A DNA stretch of 64,000 bases, taken from NCBI GenBank assembly GCA_039545335.1, contig BCIN01000003.1:1561941-1625940 (forward strand), given 5' to 3'. This stretch comes from Kondoa subrosea (taxonomy: Eukaryota). The translations under genes and the position numbers were made by a program. The notes under the pieces are model-generated. The model ran no database searches, was not told the origin of the DNA, and saw only the letters and a program-made list of their open reading frames with translations. Shown here piece after piece: positions 26,745 to 38,487 of this stretch (the first letter of the stretch is position 1; each line of letters begins with the position of its first letter).

Positions 26745-27792
26745 ATGGCAACTCAGACATCACAAGCTTCGTCCACCAAGCGCAAAGTCGCTGTGTTTGA
26801 CGTGTTCGTAGCATGATTACGTAATCTATCCAACTCCAAGCTGAATTAGGCTGCCAGCTTCGGGACATCTTTTGGCTTAACGAATCTCATAGCCATTGCG
26901 GAAGAGATTTATGGAGCTGAATTGAAGCAAGCAGGAATCTCTGCTACTGCCTTTGTCATGTCATGGTTCCATTGCTCACAGAGGGACTTCTCATGTTCGC
27001 TCTACGCTTCTTGGCTTCTGCTCTGTGTCTCATATACTCTCTAGTCCTGACCATGATGAATCAATACACTGTCAGTAGCTTCGCCTAACATTAATGAATC
27101 TCTTATTTAACAGTCGTACAGCCTATACCTAAAGTCTTCGCATCTATCCTTCGTCGTCAACTTCTAGTAGCATTCGAATCTTTATCACCTACTCCAGAAC
27201 TAAAGCAAGCCGATCTTGATCGCATAACAGCAGGTCTAAAATCACTACCTCCACGAAAACATTTGATCGAATGTATCGCTCATCTAAGGGAGAATGGTTA
27301 TACTTGTATTGCTCTAACTAACGGAGGAAAAGCAAACACGATTGGGTTGTACAAGAAAGCTAATCCAACTGGTGAAGAAGCGGAAAACTTCTTAGGCGAT
27401 TTGGAAAGTCAAGTCATGTCTTGCGATGAAGTTCAATTGGCTAAACCGAATATGGAAATTTATGAGTACTGCAAGAAGAAATTGGATATGTCATCTGAGA
27501 AGTGAGTATACCTGTCATACGAACGCGAGATCGAGAATGTTTAACGAAAGTGATAGTACGCATATGGTCTTCTTCGCGTCCCACTCTTGGGACTTGCTTG
27601 CCGCTAGAAAAGCTGGTTTCAAGACTGCTTGGGCTAGCTATGAAGTTTGTCTTTGTCTCAATCGACCAAAACCAACTATGCTGACCTATTTGAAAGGAAC
27701 ACGATGCTGCTCAAGACATTTTCGGGGAACCTACGTACACTTCCGACGATCTGCTTGATCTAGCCAAGCAGGTTGTAGCAGATTCAGCATAA
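26745..27792 (+). CDS. HAD-superfamily hydrolase, L-2-haloacid dehalogenase-like
   Basis: Motif I FDVFGT, motif II LTNG, motif III AKP, motif IV ASHSWDLLAARKAG. Confidence 0.85.
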
Positions 27793-27995
27793 GATCAAGA
27801 CTCGTGAGCTCGCAAGGACTGATGTAATGGCATTGTACTTTGTAGAATCAGCTCGGAAGTCCGTCATTGAAGAATCTTGTTGATCATAGTGTCAAGCTAA
27901 GCCAATCATGCTCCATCAACTTGACGGCCATAACGAGCAATTTTGAGAATCTGCCCCTTGATCTTGATCCAGCAACTATATACCATAATTCAGCA

Positions 27996-29092
27996 ATGTC
28001 AGACGAGGAGGATTTCATGTCTGATGCCTTTCTCAAAGGACTAGAGTCTAAGGACAAGAGCAATGCAGGGAATTTGAGCTATGCTGAGAAAAGACGGAAA
28101 GCGATCAATAAAGGGCAACAACGCGGATTAGTCTTATCCAGGAAAGAGCGAGAGGCAGCAGCAAGGGAGGAAGGATTACAGCGGAACCTGATTGTCGAAG
28201 CTCGATACAAGGAAGCAGCTGTCCAACCTGTTTATTCTACTCCCTCAAGTATAGCATCGACTTCAACTGCTACACCGATTGTGTCAGGCGATAATAAGGC
28301 TCTGGATATGATGCGCAAGATGGGATTCCAACCTGGTCAAGCTTTAGGCAAACGGAAATCACCTCCTCCTCCTTCATCTACGTCCAATGATAGTCCTGAT
28401 CTACCTTCAGCTACATCTAAACCACGTACGGAACCTATTGCTGTTCAATTACGGACTGGAAGAGGTGGATTAGGTAGAGAAGAAGCAACAAAGAAGTTCC
28501 GCTTAGATCCCAATATGCCTTTACCGCCTACTTTAACGCAAGAGAAATATTTGGCTGGCATAAGAGAATCCTTTGATGATAAACGAGCGGAAGGTGTACT
28601 AAGAGGAGCTAGAAGAACGTGCGAAGAGTTGGATCGAAGGGCTGGGATCCAAAAATCAGTAATGTGGCTTGATCCGGCTGAAGTGGAGAAAGAAGCGAGA
28701 AGGAAATTAGTCGCTAGAAGACTGGGAGAAAGAGTATCGGATGACAGCGACGAGGATGAAGTTGAATATACTGATGTCAAGAAAGTCAAGGCGAACTTGG
28801 AAGATGAGGTTGTTGAAGAAGATGGAACGCCAACAACCAGAGAAGAATGGCTTGATATGGATGTGCATTACTCTCTCATTGGTCTTTGCCTTGAAGCTCA
28901 TATTTAGATAGGCCCGTACAAGATTGGCGAAAACGTTACAGCATATGCGGATGAAACATCAGTGAGTGGCTTCTTCTCGAGCTCGAGCTGATCTGATCAT
29001 TTTTTAGCTTCTGTCACTGGTGTGGCTGTCAATATATAGACGAGGAAGACATGGCTAGTGAATGTCCGGGCGAGAATGAAAATGACCACTGA
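27996..29092 (+). CDS. G-patch domain protein, GPATCH11-like with C-terminal DUF4187-like domain
   Basis: MSDEEDFMSD start; G-patch NKALDMMRKMGFQPGQALGK...GRGGLG; C-terminal FCHWCGCQY...CPGENENDH*. Confidence 0.88.
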
Positions 29093-29486
29093 GTGTCGAG
29101 GGCAAGAATCACTCAATCCTCTGAAATCAAGCGATAGCAAGACTGGTCAATTGTGTCATACAATGTAAGGTAGTTTCCAGTCTGTTTTGTGGTCACATTT
29201 TTATGAATTCCATGTTCTGGCTGTAGATCACGCTCGACAGTACCTCCATCCGTTGGTTAGTCGGTTCACAACTTATGTTGACAATCTGGCTATAGTCCGC
29301 TTCAGCGCTAAGACGATCTGCGGGGTTGGACAGCATACATTTCAATATGCATGAATTACTGTCTTTCAGTTTCTTCGCTGTATCTGCAGATCTTCGCTAG
29401 AGAGACCGAAGGGGGAGCTACATCACTGTGTATTAGCTGCGTACCTTTGCAATGCTCCGTGTCTACTCGACGCAACTCGTCGACAA

Positions 29487-31440
29487 ATGGCCAACAATTC
29501 TACCACGCTACCCACTTCATCACACGAGCTAGCTGCAGAAGCTCGGCCTGCTGAATCTCTTGCGCAGAAGTCGCACGCGCCTCTGTCCCAGGCTGTCCTA
29601 TCTTTCTTAGCAAGCGAAGCAATCTCTGTCGAGGACTTACGAGCTAGATCTGTCGTGAAGCCATCACTTGATACGAATCATCCGCTTTCCTCCTACCTGA
29701 TCTCTAGTTCTCACAACACATGTCAGCTGAGCGTTTGTGCGAGATGTCTTGAAATATCCTTGATTATAAATGTGCAGATTTGGCTGCTAATCAGCTGACT
29801 GGAAAAGCGGACGTTCAAGCCTACAAGACTGTATTAAAGGTATCTTTTGTCTCCGTGCCCGACTGTGACATCTCACACCTAGCTAGAATGGAGGTCGTTG
29901 CGTGGAGCTGGACGTGTGGGATGGCGACAAAGATGAGCCTTATGTCAAAGTCACTCAGTGAGCCTGTTCCTCTGCCTCCTGCTGCAATTGTTCGTTCATG
30001 CATCGCAGCGGCTACACCTTTACAACATATCTCGCGCTCGATGAAGTATGTCGAGCAATAGTCGAAGCAGTGAGCTGTGTCCTTTCGTACTTTGTCAGAT
30101 CAGCAGCTCAATATGGCGCGTAGGACGATCAGGATGACAGTTCTCTGCCGATCATTATTTCGCTCGAATGCCATTGCAGTGCTCCACGCCAAGAGTATAT
30201 CGTCAAGACTCTAAATGAGATCTTCGGCGATCGCTTGCTGCATCAGAAGATCAAAGATCCAGAAGAACTTCGGCTAGCAGATGTCATGAACAAAATACTG
30301 ATCAAAGTCGAATGGCATGGTAAATTAGGCGAATCGGTCACTGCTGCGGCAGAAAATGCCGCGGATACAGTCATAGAAGACTCTTCATGCGCAGAGAGCG
30401 ACACGGAAGAAGAGAAGAAGTTGCGAAAGGAAAGGCGGAAGAAGGCGAAGATCATCAAGCCACTGCATGATTTAGGTAAGGCTCTATTCGAATACTTTGC
30501 ATACATGGCTGAAATAACTATCAGGCGTATATACACTCAGCGTGAAGCCCAAAGACGAAGATTTCCTAATCACTGACCCAGTTCGACCTCCGTTCGTATA
30601 CCTTTGTGTACCGAATCGACCTGAATCTTATTGCCTCTTTAGTAACTTCGTCACAAACATCAGCGAGTCAGCTTTCGGCAAAGTCCTTGCGAAGCGAGCT
30701 GCTCAAGTAATAGAACATACAGCAAGTTTCTTATGCAGAGTCTATCCGCATGGATTACGCATCACGTCAAAGAATCTGAACCCTCTACCTTTCTGGAGAG
30801 CTGGTGCGCAGATTGTAGCCCTGAAGTGAGTCTGAACAATTCATTGCGCCAAGCTATACTTATTCTGTTGTTTGCAGCTGGCAAACATTTGATCTTGCTG
30901 TTCAACTCAGTACTGCTCTCTTCACTGGAACCGGAGGCTGGTACCTCAAGCCGTCTGCCCGTCCTGCGCGCCCAAACTTGGGCAAATCAGTCAAGCTCAA
31001 CCTTACCATCAAAGCTGCAAGCAATCTGGTCTTGCATGAGGATGCAAAAAAGAGCGGTCTATATCCTTATGTGACTGTAGAGCTATATCATTCCCAGAAA
31101 GATCAACACCGGAAGACTAAAGTCGTCAAGCCGAATCAAGACAACAATTCAGGATGCGATGCAGTCTTTGATGAGACTCTGTCGTAAGTACTCAGTTCCG
31201 TGCATGCGTTACATAAGGCTCAACCATTGTTTTAGATTCGATTATACCGACGAAGATCTAATCTTTCTACGATTCGTCTTCACTCACGATGACCAGAGCT
31301 ACATTTCGCGGGACGATGTTTTTGCTGTAGCTCCTTGTTTGTTGGACAATCTGGCGGAGGGTTGGCAGTTGATCAATCTGCTGACCCTGAATGGGAAAGC
31401 GACGTCTTCCACTTTGTTGATCAGTGTAGAGCGAACATGA
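29487..31440 (+). CDS. Compact phosphoinositide-specific phospholipase C (X, Y and C2 domains)
   Basis: ISSSHNTY, GGRCVELDVWDG, HGYT, ISLECHC, RVYPHGLRITSKN, GAQIVALNWQ, C2 domain. Confidence 0.9.
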
Positions 31441-31700
31441 AAGTATTAGATATGCTTGTAAACATTGCGCTAAACGAGATTCTGAGAATCCCTATAGGCG
31501 ACTTTCGCGTGAATACTCTGTCTCTCGACCTGATCGTTCAGTGTTTGGTGAGAGTATTCATGGAGATACCTGTCGCCTTCTCCTACAGCGACGATTCGTT
31601 CTCTACCGAGTTTCAAGGTTACCTGCCAGCCTCAGCTAGGACAGCGGTCCAACAGCCTCATTCTTACACCATCTCGTTAGCTAAAAGAAAGCCTCAGTCT

Positions 31701-33758
31701 ATGGCTCAATACAGGAATATAGCGCCTCAACCTGACCCATCTACGTCTATCGCTGCTGGTCCTTCTCAGTTTACAAGCAGCAACAAAGGCAAACGCAAAG
31801 AAACGCCGGTGAAATATACAGAAGTAGATGAATTGCTCGACAATCATGCAGATTCACCTAGAACTGCTGCTGGTCAGACGGATGGAGCTCAACAACCTCC
31901 TGCCAAGAAAGCTAGAAAGAAAGCAACCCGAGCTTGTCAGTTTGCCTGCGCATGTTTCATGCATTCAGAGATCCAGGTCGGCTAAAGGTTATTTGGCTCG
32001 CTTGTTCTAGGTCATTCCTGCCAGACTGCACATTTAACTTGTGATGATTGTCAGTCTTCTCATCCATTGGCAGGATGATGGACTGAACGATTACCGCAGC
32101 GAGACCTTGCGCGAGATGCATCAAACGCAATATGGCAGATACATGTCAAGACGGGAAGCGCAAGAAGGCAAAGTACTTGGCAGATTTCGATGATGAAGGT
32201 AAGCTGGCTTGACAAGCTGTGAATCAAGCTGACCTAATCTGCAGTTCTTGGTCGAAGAACGGATTTCAAGACTCCTCCTGTTCCAAAAACAGTTCAAGCA
32301 GGACCTTCTATGCCAATGACTATCCAGCCTCAGCTCCAGCAACAGCCGCAAGCACTGCAGCAGCCAACGCACAATGCAAGCAATCAATTTATGCAACAGC
32401 CCCCGGTGTACCCAACGATGCAACAATTAGCTCAATTCAGCAGCAGCAGTAACAACAACAACAACAGTAATGGAGCGTCTGGATTTGGCAGCGAACAAGC
32501 GAATCTGGAATATGCAATGCTTTCTTCAATGCTCAATGGTCAATCTTCGCCTTCCGATACTAGTGTCCAAGGCTTGACAAATGCTACTGATACCTCTTTC
32601 GACATGTCTGCCTTCGGTCAGCAAAACACTGCAATGCCTTATTTCGGCGCCTTTGGTCAAATGCCTCCAGCCAATGCTGGCTATCATCAACCGGCATTAC
32701 CTAGTCCTCAAGCTTCTTCGTCCACCAATCAAGCTCAGAGTCCTTTCTTACCAACTAATGTCCAAGCATTATCAATGAACGGTCTGACGAATGATCGATC
32801 TGAAACTCTCACTTCGCCTTTTCTTCCATCAACTTCAGCTCAACCTCCTCGACCTGTTATGGCCAGCTCCCATTCCTCATTCGGCAACGGGGCGACAAGT
32901 AGTGCACCGACACCCGCGAGTATCCAACCTCCTCCTCTGTCAGCCAGCGGAGCGATGAAAGCTGAAGACGTTTATCGAAGCATCACTAAACCCTATCCTT
33001 ATGCTCAGAGCTATCACAATCTCATCAGACATTTGAAAGATCGGTCAGTGTTTTTTTTGTGTCATACCCCTTGACTTAGGAGAACCGGGTCTGACAGATT
33101 CGAGAAACTGGACATCCTTCGCATTGTTCGAGCTTTGGCCAAATTTCGACCCAGTCTGATCGCTCTACAAATGCCATTAACGGAAGAAGATGAAATCTTT
33201 GTTGAGAAATGTTTCCAGCGAACATTGATTGTATTTTTTTGGTCATCTACCTGACGTCCGATCACTGAATGTCGCTTGCCTGTTTAGGAATACGAGAAGC
33301 TCATTACCTATTCTGGTACACCTACTGTCGTCTGGCGCCGCACTGGAGAGATCTGCTTGGTCGGAACAGAATTCTCTTTCCTGTGTCAATGGGAACGAAG
33401 CGAGTTGATTGGCAAGAAACGGTACATCTTTGAGATTTTGGATAACAATTCCGTAGTAGAGTATTACGAAGGTCAGTATGGCCGATCACATCAATCCAAT
33501 TGAAGACTACTGACGCATCTGCGAATGACAGCACTGGCAACTCATGCTTTCGAAAACGCAACTCAAACAGTCATGACGACTTGTGTCCTTCTAACACCGG
33601 ACAACAAGCCGGTGCCATGTTCGTTTTGCTTCACTATCAAGAGAGATCGTCAGTTCTTTGTTTTCCATATTATGCCTCTCGATTACTTATTTCCGATGTC
33701 AGTCTTCAATTGCCCTTCTCTCATCGTTGGTCAATTCTTACCACTACTATCGCTATGA
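31701..33758 (+). CDS. ERT1: Zn2Cys6 gluconeogenesis transcription factor with C-terminal PAS domain (ERT1/AcuK)
   Basis: [84 protein letters not shown]. Confidence 0.9.
32440..32470 (+). repeat. Coding (AGC)n/(AAC)n microsatellite (poly-Ser/Asn)
   Basis: cagcagcagcagtaacaacaacaacaacagt inside ERT1. Confidence 0.7.
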
Positions 33759-34006
33759 TGGATCATGAAAAGGTTGTACTCGAGTCGAGGCGCGCAAGTA
33801 TACTTATTAACTCCGGGCGGATTATTCAGCGTTGTACTCAGCGACTTCTGTTCCTTCTGGTCTGCAACCTTGTTTTACAACGCTCATCACAGTCCATCAT
33901 TCTCATACTCTCTAATTCCCCACTGTGTCTCTTCTTTCCGGTTATTGCTTCATCTTTTCTATTACGCGCTGCTACTTGTCCATCACCCAAGTTTTCAATT
34001 CTTGCC

Positions 34007-34863
34007 ATGTCTTCCAGTGTGAATGGTGCCGCTCTAGATGCTGTAGCTCCAGCAGAGCCAGTTCCAAAAGACGCAAAGCTTACCCCGCAGGAGAAAAAGA
34101 TCTGGGGTCGAGTGCAATCCGGGATGATTCAAGTCAGTCTCTCGTAAGCGAACAGTCCTATGAGCTCTGATGATGGACAACAGTACCATGATCGTTTCCG
34201 ATCCCATTTCAATGAAGTCTATGATGAGGCGGACAAGGGGATGAACAGGAACAGCTTCTTGCGATTTGCTATGAGTTTTCATCAACAACTTGGGATGCAC
34301 CATGATATAGAGGAAACGTACTTTTTCGTTTGTTGTTTCCCTCTTTTCTATCATGAAGATTTGAGCTGATGTATTTGAGATAGCCGTAAGCGAACTAATA
34401 TCGCCGATGATTTGAGTTGCTTGATCGAACAAATAGGATGTTGGCAAAGAAGATACCAGAATTTAAGAAAGAACATCAAGAGGAGCACAAAAAGATTCAT
34501 GCAGGCTTGGAGTGAGTTATCTTATCGTGCTCTTCGAAAACATCTCATCTTGTCCGCCAGCAAATACGAAGCGTATCTAAAAGAGGTACAATCGGAGGAG
34601 AAGGAGTATGATTCTGCAGAGTTGCGAGTAATCATGGGTAGGTGTTTCTACTTGAGTTGCTTAATCAGATCAAGCCTGAAGTATCATGTTGTCCAATTGC
34701 AGATAGCTTCAAAAAGATCTTGCTGTTCCATCTTGATCAAGAAATCTTTACTCTGCGGCCAGAGAATATGAAGAAATGTAAGAGCATATTACAAACAGTC
34801 GCAATATGGTGACTTCTGCTTTCAAATTGGAACGAAAAGGAGATGAATGCGATACCGATCTAA
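34007..34863 (+). CDS. Hemerythrin HHE domain protein, copy 2 (inverted paralog of 25512-26383; last 3' splice site mutated)
   Basis: Matching exon structure and motifs: YHDRFRSHF, HHDIEETYFFP, EEHKKIH, HLDQE, WNEKEMNAIPI*. 2-nt exon at 34384-34385. Confidence 0.82.
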
Positions 34864-34880
34864 GGGATATCAGGCAAATT

Positions 34881-35074
34881 GTACTACTCTCATCATTTTT
34901 AGTCTGCCCATAGACTTTCTCATGGACAGATGTGTTTCGACAATTGTATTTTGTACTCTTACAGCTTTGTCAACAGTTTGTATTGATGACAAGAAGCATC
35001 TCTTATCAACTCCTTCAATCACAGACTAGCAGAAGCTTCCCTCTTCTAAACAGAAGTGATTTCTCTTCCGTTTC
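34881..35074. repeat. Left copy of ~200-bp diverged direct repeat; contains a dead remnant of the methyltransferase 3' end
   Basis: Aligns with 38286-38487. The minus strand reads EITSV*KREASASL*, versus EITSVWKRKASASL* in the intact gene. Confidence 0.88.
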
Positions 35075-35142
35075 AGTCTATTTGTAACGATTCCTAAGCA
35101 ACAACCCAAAACTCTTGAAGAACGAAAAAATGCAACTGCAAC

Positions 35143-37111
35143 CTAGAAGCCCCCTTGCTGCCTCTTCGCCTCTAGAGCCACTAAAAGTCTGGCCTTGGTT
35201 TGCTGTCGTGATGAAAGTAGCTTGTTCGCCAAAGCACGCTTGCGGGGATAATGCATTCCTCCAGTAGGGCAAATGCATGAAGAGTCCGTCGTAGTGCAAC
35301 CTTGATCACACGCGCAAGCCCCGCCCGCAGACGGTTGTGAAGCACCCAACTATCGAGGAACATCAATACGAAACACATGACGATAACCAGAAGCGATAAA
35401 AGACGAACAATGCACGGACAGACCGGAGCCCCTTGACCAGACTGAAAACTGACCAAGGGCCCACAATCACTACACATCACTATTATGAGAGACATTGAGC
35501 GATTGAAGATGCTTCCGGTTTCAAGAAATTTACCATTACCACCCGGACTGCTCATGCCAGGTGAACAAGATGTGCTGCAACGAACTCTAACGTCAGTGAA
35601 ACCGACAGATCCAAGATTCGTAAACGTACCAAGGTCCGCCATCTTGCTGAGCTGATCCAGGGTAGCACATGCAGGTTGTGGCACCGGATAGAGAATAGCC
35701 CTGCCCGCAACTAGAACACCCTCCTCCTGCTGCACTTCCATAAGTCCCATAAGGGCATTTTTGACATATTCCATTAGCGTCCGGCTGAGCTCCCGCGTTG
35801 CATGTACAGTCACTGGATGAGGAAGATCCCGAAGGCGAAGTACCTAGACCACAACTTGTACATGCTAATCTCGCTATCAGTCCGTTAACAGCGTTAGAAA
35901 ACTTGCAACTCACGCGTTGAGCCTGCAAGCCCTGTGCCAAAGGTATTGGCCGGACATAGGGCACAGGAACCCGCGCTAGGGTTGAAAGCATAACCTGCAT
36001 TGCAGTAACACCCAAGGCCTGAAGCAAAACCACTTGCACCGCTATCGGAGCCCTGCAAAGAACAACTGTCAGCTTTGGCTTATTGAAGCAATCAAAAACT
36101 GTCGCACAGGGCAATTACACGATGTAGATCCCTCTGGAGATGTTCCACCGTTACCGCACGGATGACAAGCTGAAGAATCATTCAGCAAAATTGAAAATGA
36201 AGTCGGAGCGAAAAACGGACCTTTGTCAAAGTCGTCGTAATAGAAATTAGCTGGACAGCCAACGCAAGCCTGCGCGCCATTCTGAATGAAACCATAATCG
36301 CACTCGCAGCCACTACCGGAGGAGAATGAAGCATTTGCCTGAGACAGGACTAAGCGCGAAGCAAAGAAACTCGCAGTAACACCTCAACACGTACCCCACA
36401 GGAGCAAGTTGAGGACCCAGAAGACGAGGTTCCGCCCGGACCACAACTTTGACACGCCGATGTTCCACCATTACTGAATGTGTTCGGCTGACAAGCGACA
36501 CAGCTATTGTCTGATTGCATGTATCCAGCCTCGCAAGCACAATTGCCATCAATCAGGACAGAATTGGGCTATACCTGGCATTCAGGATTGCTGTCTTGTG
36601 ATAGATAGCAAGTACGCACAGGGCAATTGGAGCAAGTTGCTGATCCAGCATCCGAAGTAGAGCCCAAATTACAAGACTGGCAGGCTGTGCATAGATGTAG
36701 GTTAAGAATGAATTAACATGCATATGTTTTGTGACCTACAACTGCTACCGCCTGAAGAGTATTGGTTTGCGGGACATTGAGAGCACTGATAGGTCCCCGA
36801 AGCGTCTTGAGTGACACCACTGCCGCTGTTGCAATTACAGGCCGATTGAGGACATGACCCAGGTCCAATTTGTCCAACCTTTCCTCCGCTAGTATTATCA
36901 TAGATACAGAGCGAGCTGTTGACCCGTTCACGATGTTGGTCAGTCAAAGTACAGCCAACACTTGCATAGATGCTGACCATGTATGCGCATTTCTATGACC
37001 ATAAGCAAATGAACCGTAGGACCGGCCAGGAGGACAGGACGATCCGCCACAACTCTGAGCAGAGGAAGTCGTGGCTGCGACCAGAAGGAACATGAGGCTT
37101 ATGAACAGCAT
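35143..37111 (-). CDS. Secreted Cys/Gly/Ser-rich protein with TNFR/ephrin-receptor-like (CxxCPxxxY) repeats
   Basis: Signal peptide MLFISLMFLLVAATTSSA; repeated CSQCPANQYS, CQKCPYGTYG, CSSCGQG modules over multiple exons. No TM or GPI tail seen. Confidence 0.8.
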
Positions 37112-37812
37112 ATTCGGAAAGGATTTGGTTAAGATGCGATCGAACGAACGTGAAAGAAACGAAGCAGATCAAAGCGCTGCGGCAGAGATCAATTGCAGCC
37201 GAACACCAGTCGTGGGTAGGGCGGTATCAGATTATATAATTAGTTTTTGCCGAAATACCAGAAGCAAGACATGTCTCGCCCATTGCGATGCACAGAGACG
37301 CGAAAGCGGTATATCCCCCAAAATAGTTCCAGCTTGTTTGAGGGATGGCAGGAAACCCTTGAAGTTCTCGAAAAGCGCGAACAAGGTGATCCATGAGATC
37401 GCTTGAATAAGAGGCAGTCAGAGGCAAAGACGACTAAGGGTAGCACGAGATTGAAGCCTAAGAGGTCGTGGAGTGAACGCTAGCCGAACAGACTCGCAAG
37501 GGGCAAGATGGCTGCTACTGGACGAAAGAATAAAATTGCGAATCGCTTCCACGAATCGACCCAGACTGCTATGTACGGTACCTTGATCTTGGTCTCCGCG
37601 AGGAATATACCATGGAATGCCACACCACAGCTTCAGCTCAAGCCAACGGCCATCACCTGCTGCGAGTTCAGCCTGATTTCCCTACTCTCGATGAAGAACA
37701 GTCACAAGCAAGCACAAAAAGTGCAAAGCTTGGATGAGCCTGGTTTGCAGCAAATATGGGTTTGAGTAATCAGGACTTCTCGGAACGATGATGGTTTAGC
37801 AAGACCGGGCAT

Positions 37813-38285
37813 AACTCTCGCCATCGTCATTTCAAGATCCAGCATGTCCAAATCAACCATACAAGGCAGACATCACTATTATCTCGCTCAATACTTTCAA
37901 AGATGTAATGCGAGAACTGAATTTAGGACCTAATGGTGTGATGCTGTGTTGTTTGGAATACTTGAAGAAAACTTGATTGGCTCCAGAATGAGTTGATGAA
38001 GCTTAAAGTGGATTATGTCGTCTTTGATCTACTTGGTTGAGCACAAACCATATGGTGAGTTAGTTTGTATCCAATGCGATCCCAGCTGATCTTTTGGTGA
38101 AGACTTTGCGTCGGATAGTTGAACATCTGAAGAAACTTGGCTTTCTGGTGAGCTCAGTCTCACTCTCACACGCATCGCGCCTGATCAGGCATATAGTTAG
38201 CGGCAGTTGATCTTACCGATGCGCATCATATAACAGGCGCATCGGAATTCTTTTCAGTCTTACTTCTGGCTCTACGAACCATATC
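37813..38285 (+). pseudogene. GPN2: Truncated, disabled GPN-loop GTPase 2 fragment
   Basis: DPA..PY...DVMRELNLGPNG, DWLQNEL, YVVFDLLG*, LRRIVEHLKKLGF, LAAVDLTDAHHIT..VLLLALRT. Has frameshifts and a TGA at 38038-38040; no P-loop or C-terminus found; intron-like segments retained. Confidence 0.85.
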
Positions 38286-38487
38286 GTACTACTTTTATCT
38301 CATTTTACTCTACGCATAGATTTTCTCATACTATAGGACAGAAAATGTTCCGACATTTGTATTTCGCACTTTTACAGCTCTTTCAACAATTTGTGTTGAT
38401 GACAATGAAGCATTTCTATATCAACTTCATTCACAGACTAGCAGAAGCTTTCCTCTTCCAAACAGAAGTGATTTCTCTTCCGTTTTC
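38286..38487. repeat. Right copy of the ~200-bp direct repeat (3' end and 3' UTR of the intact methyltransferase)
   Basis: Aligns with 34881-35074. Confidence 0.88.
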
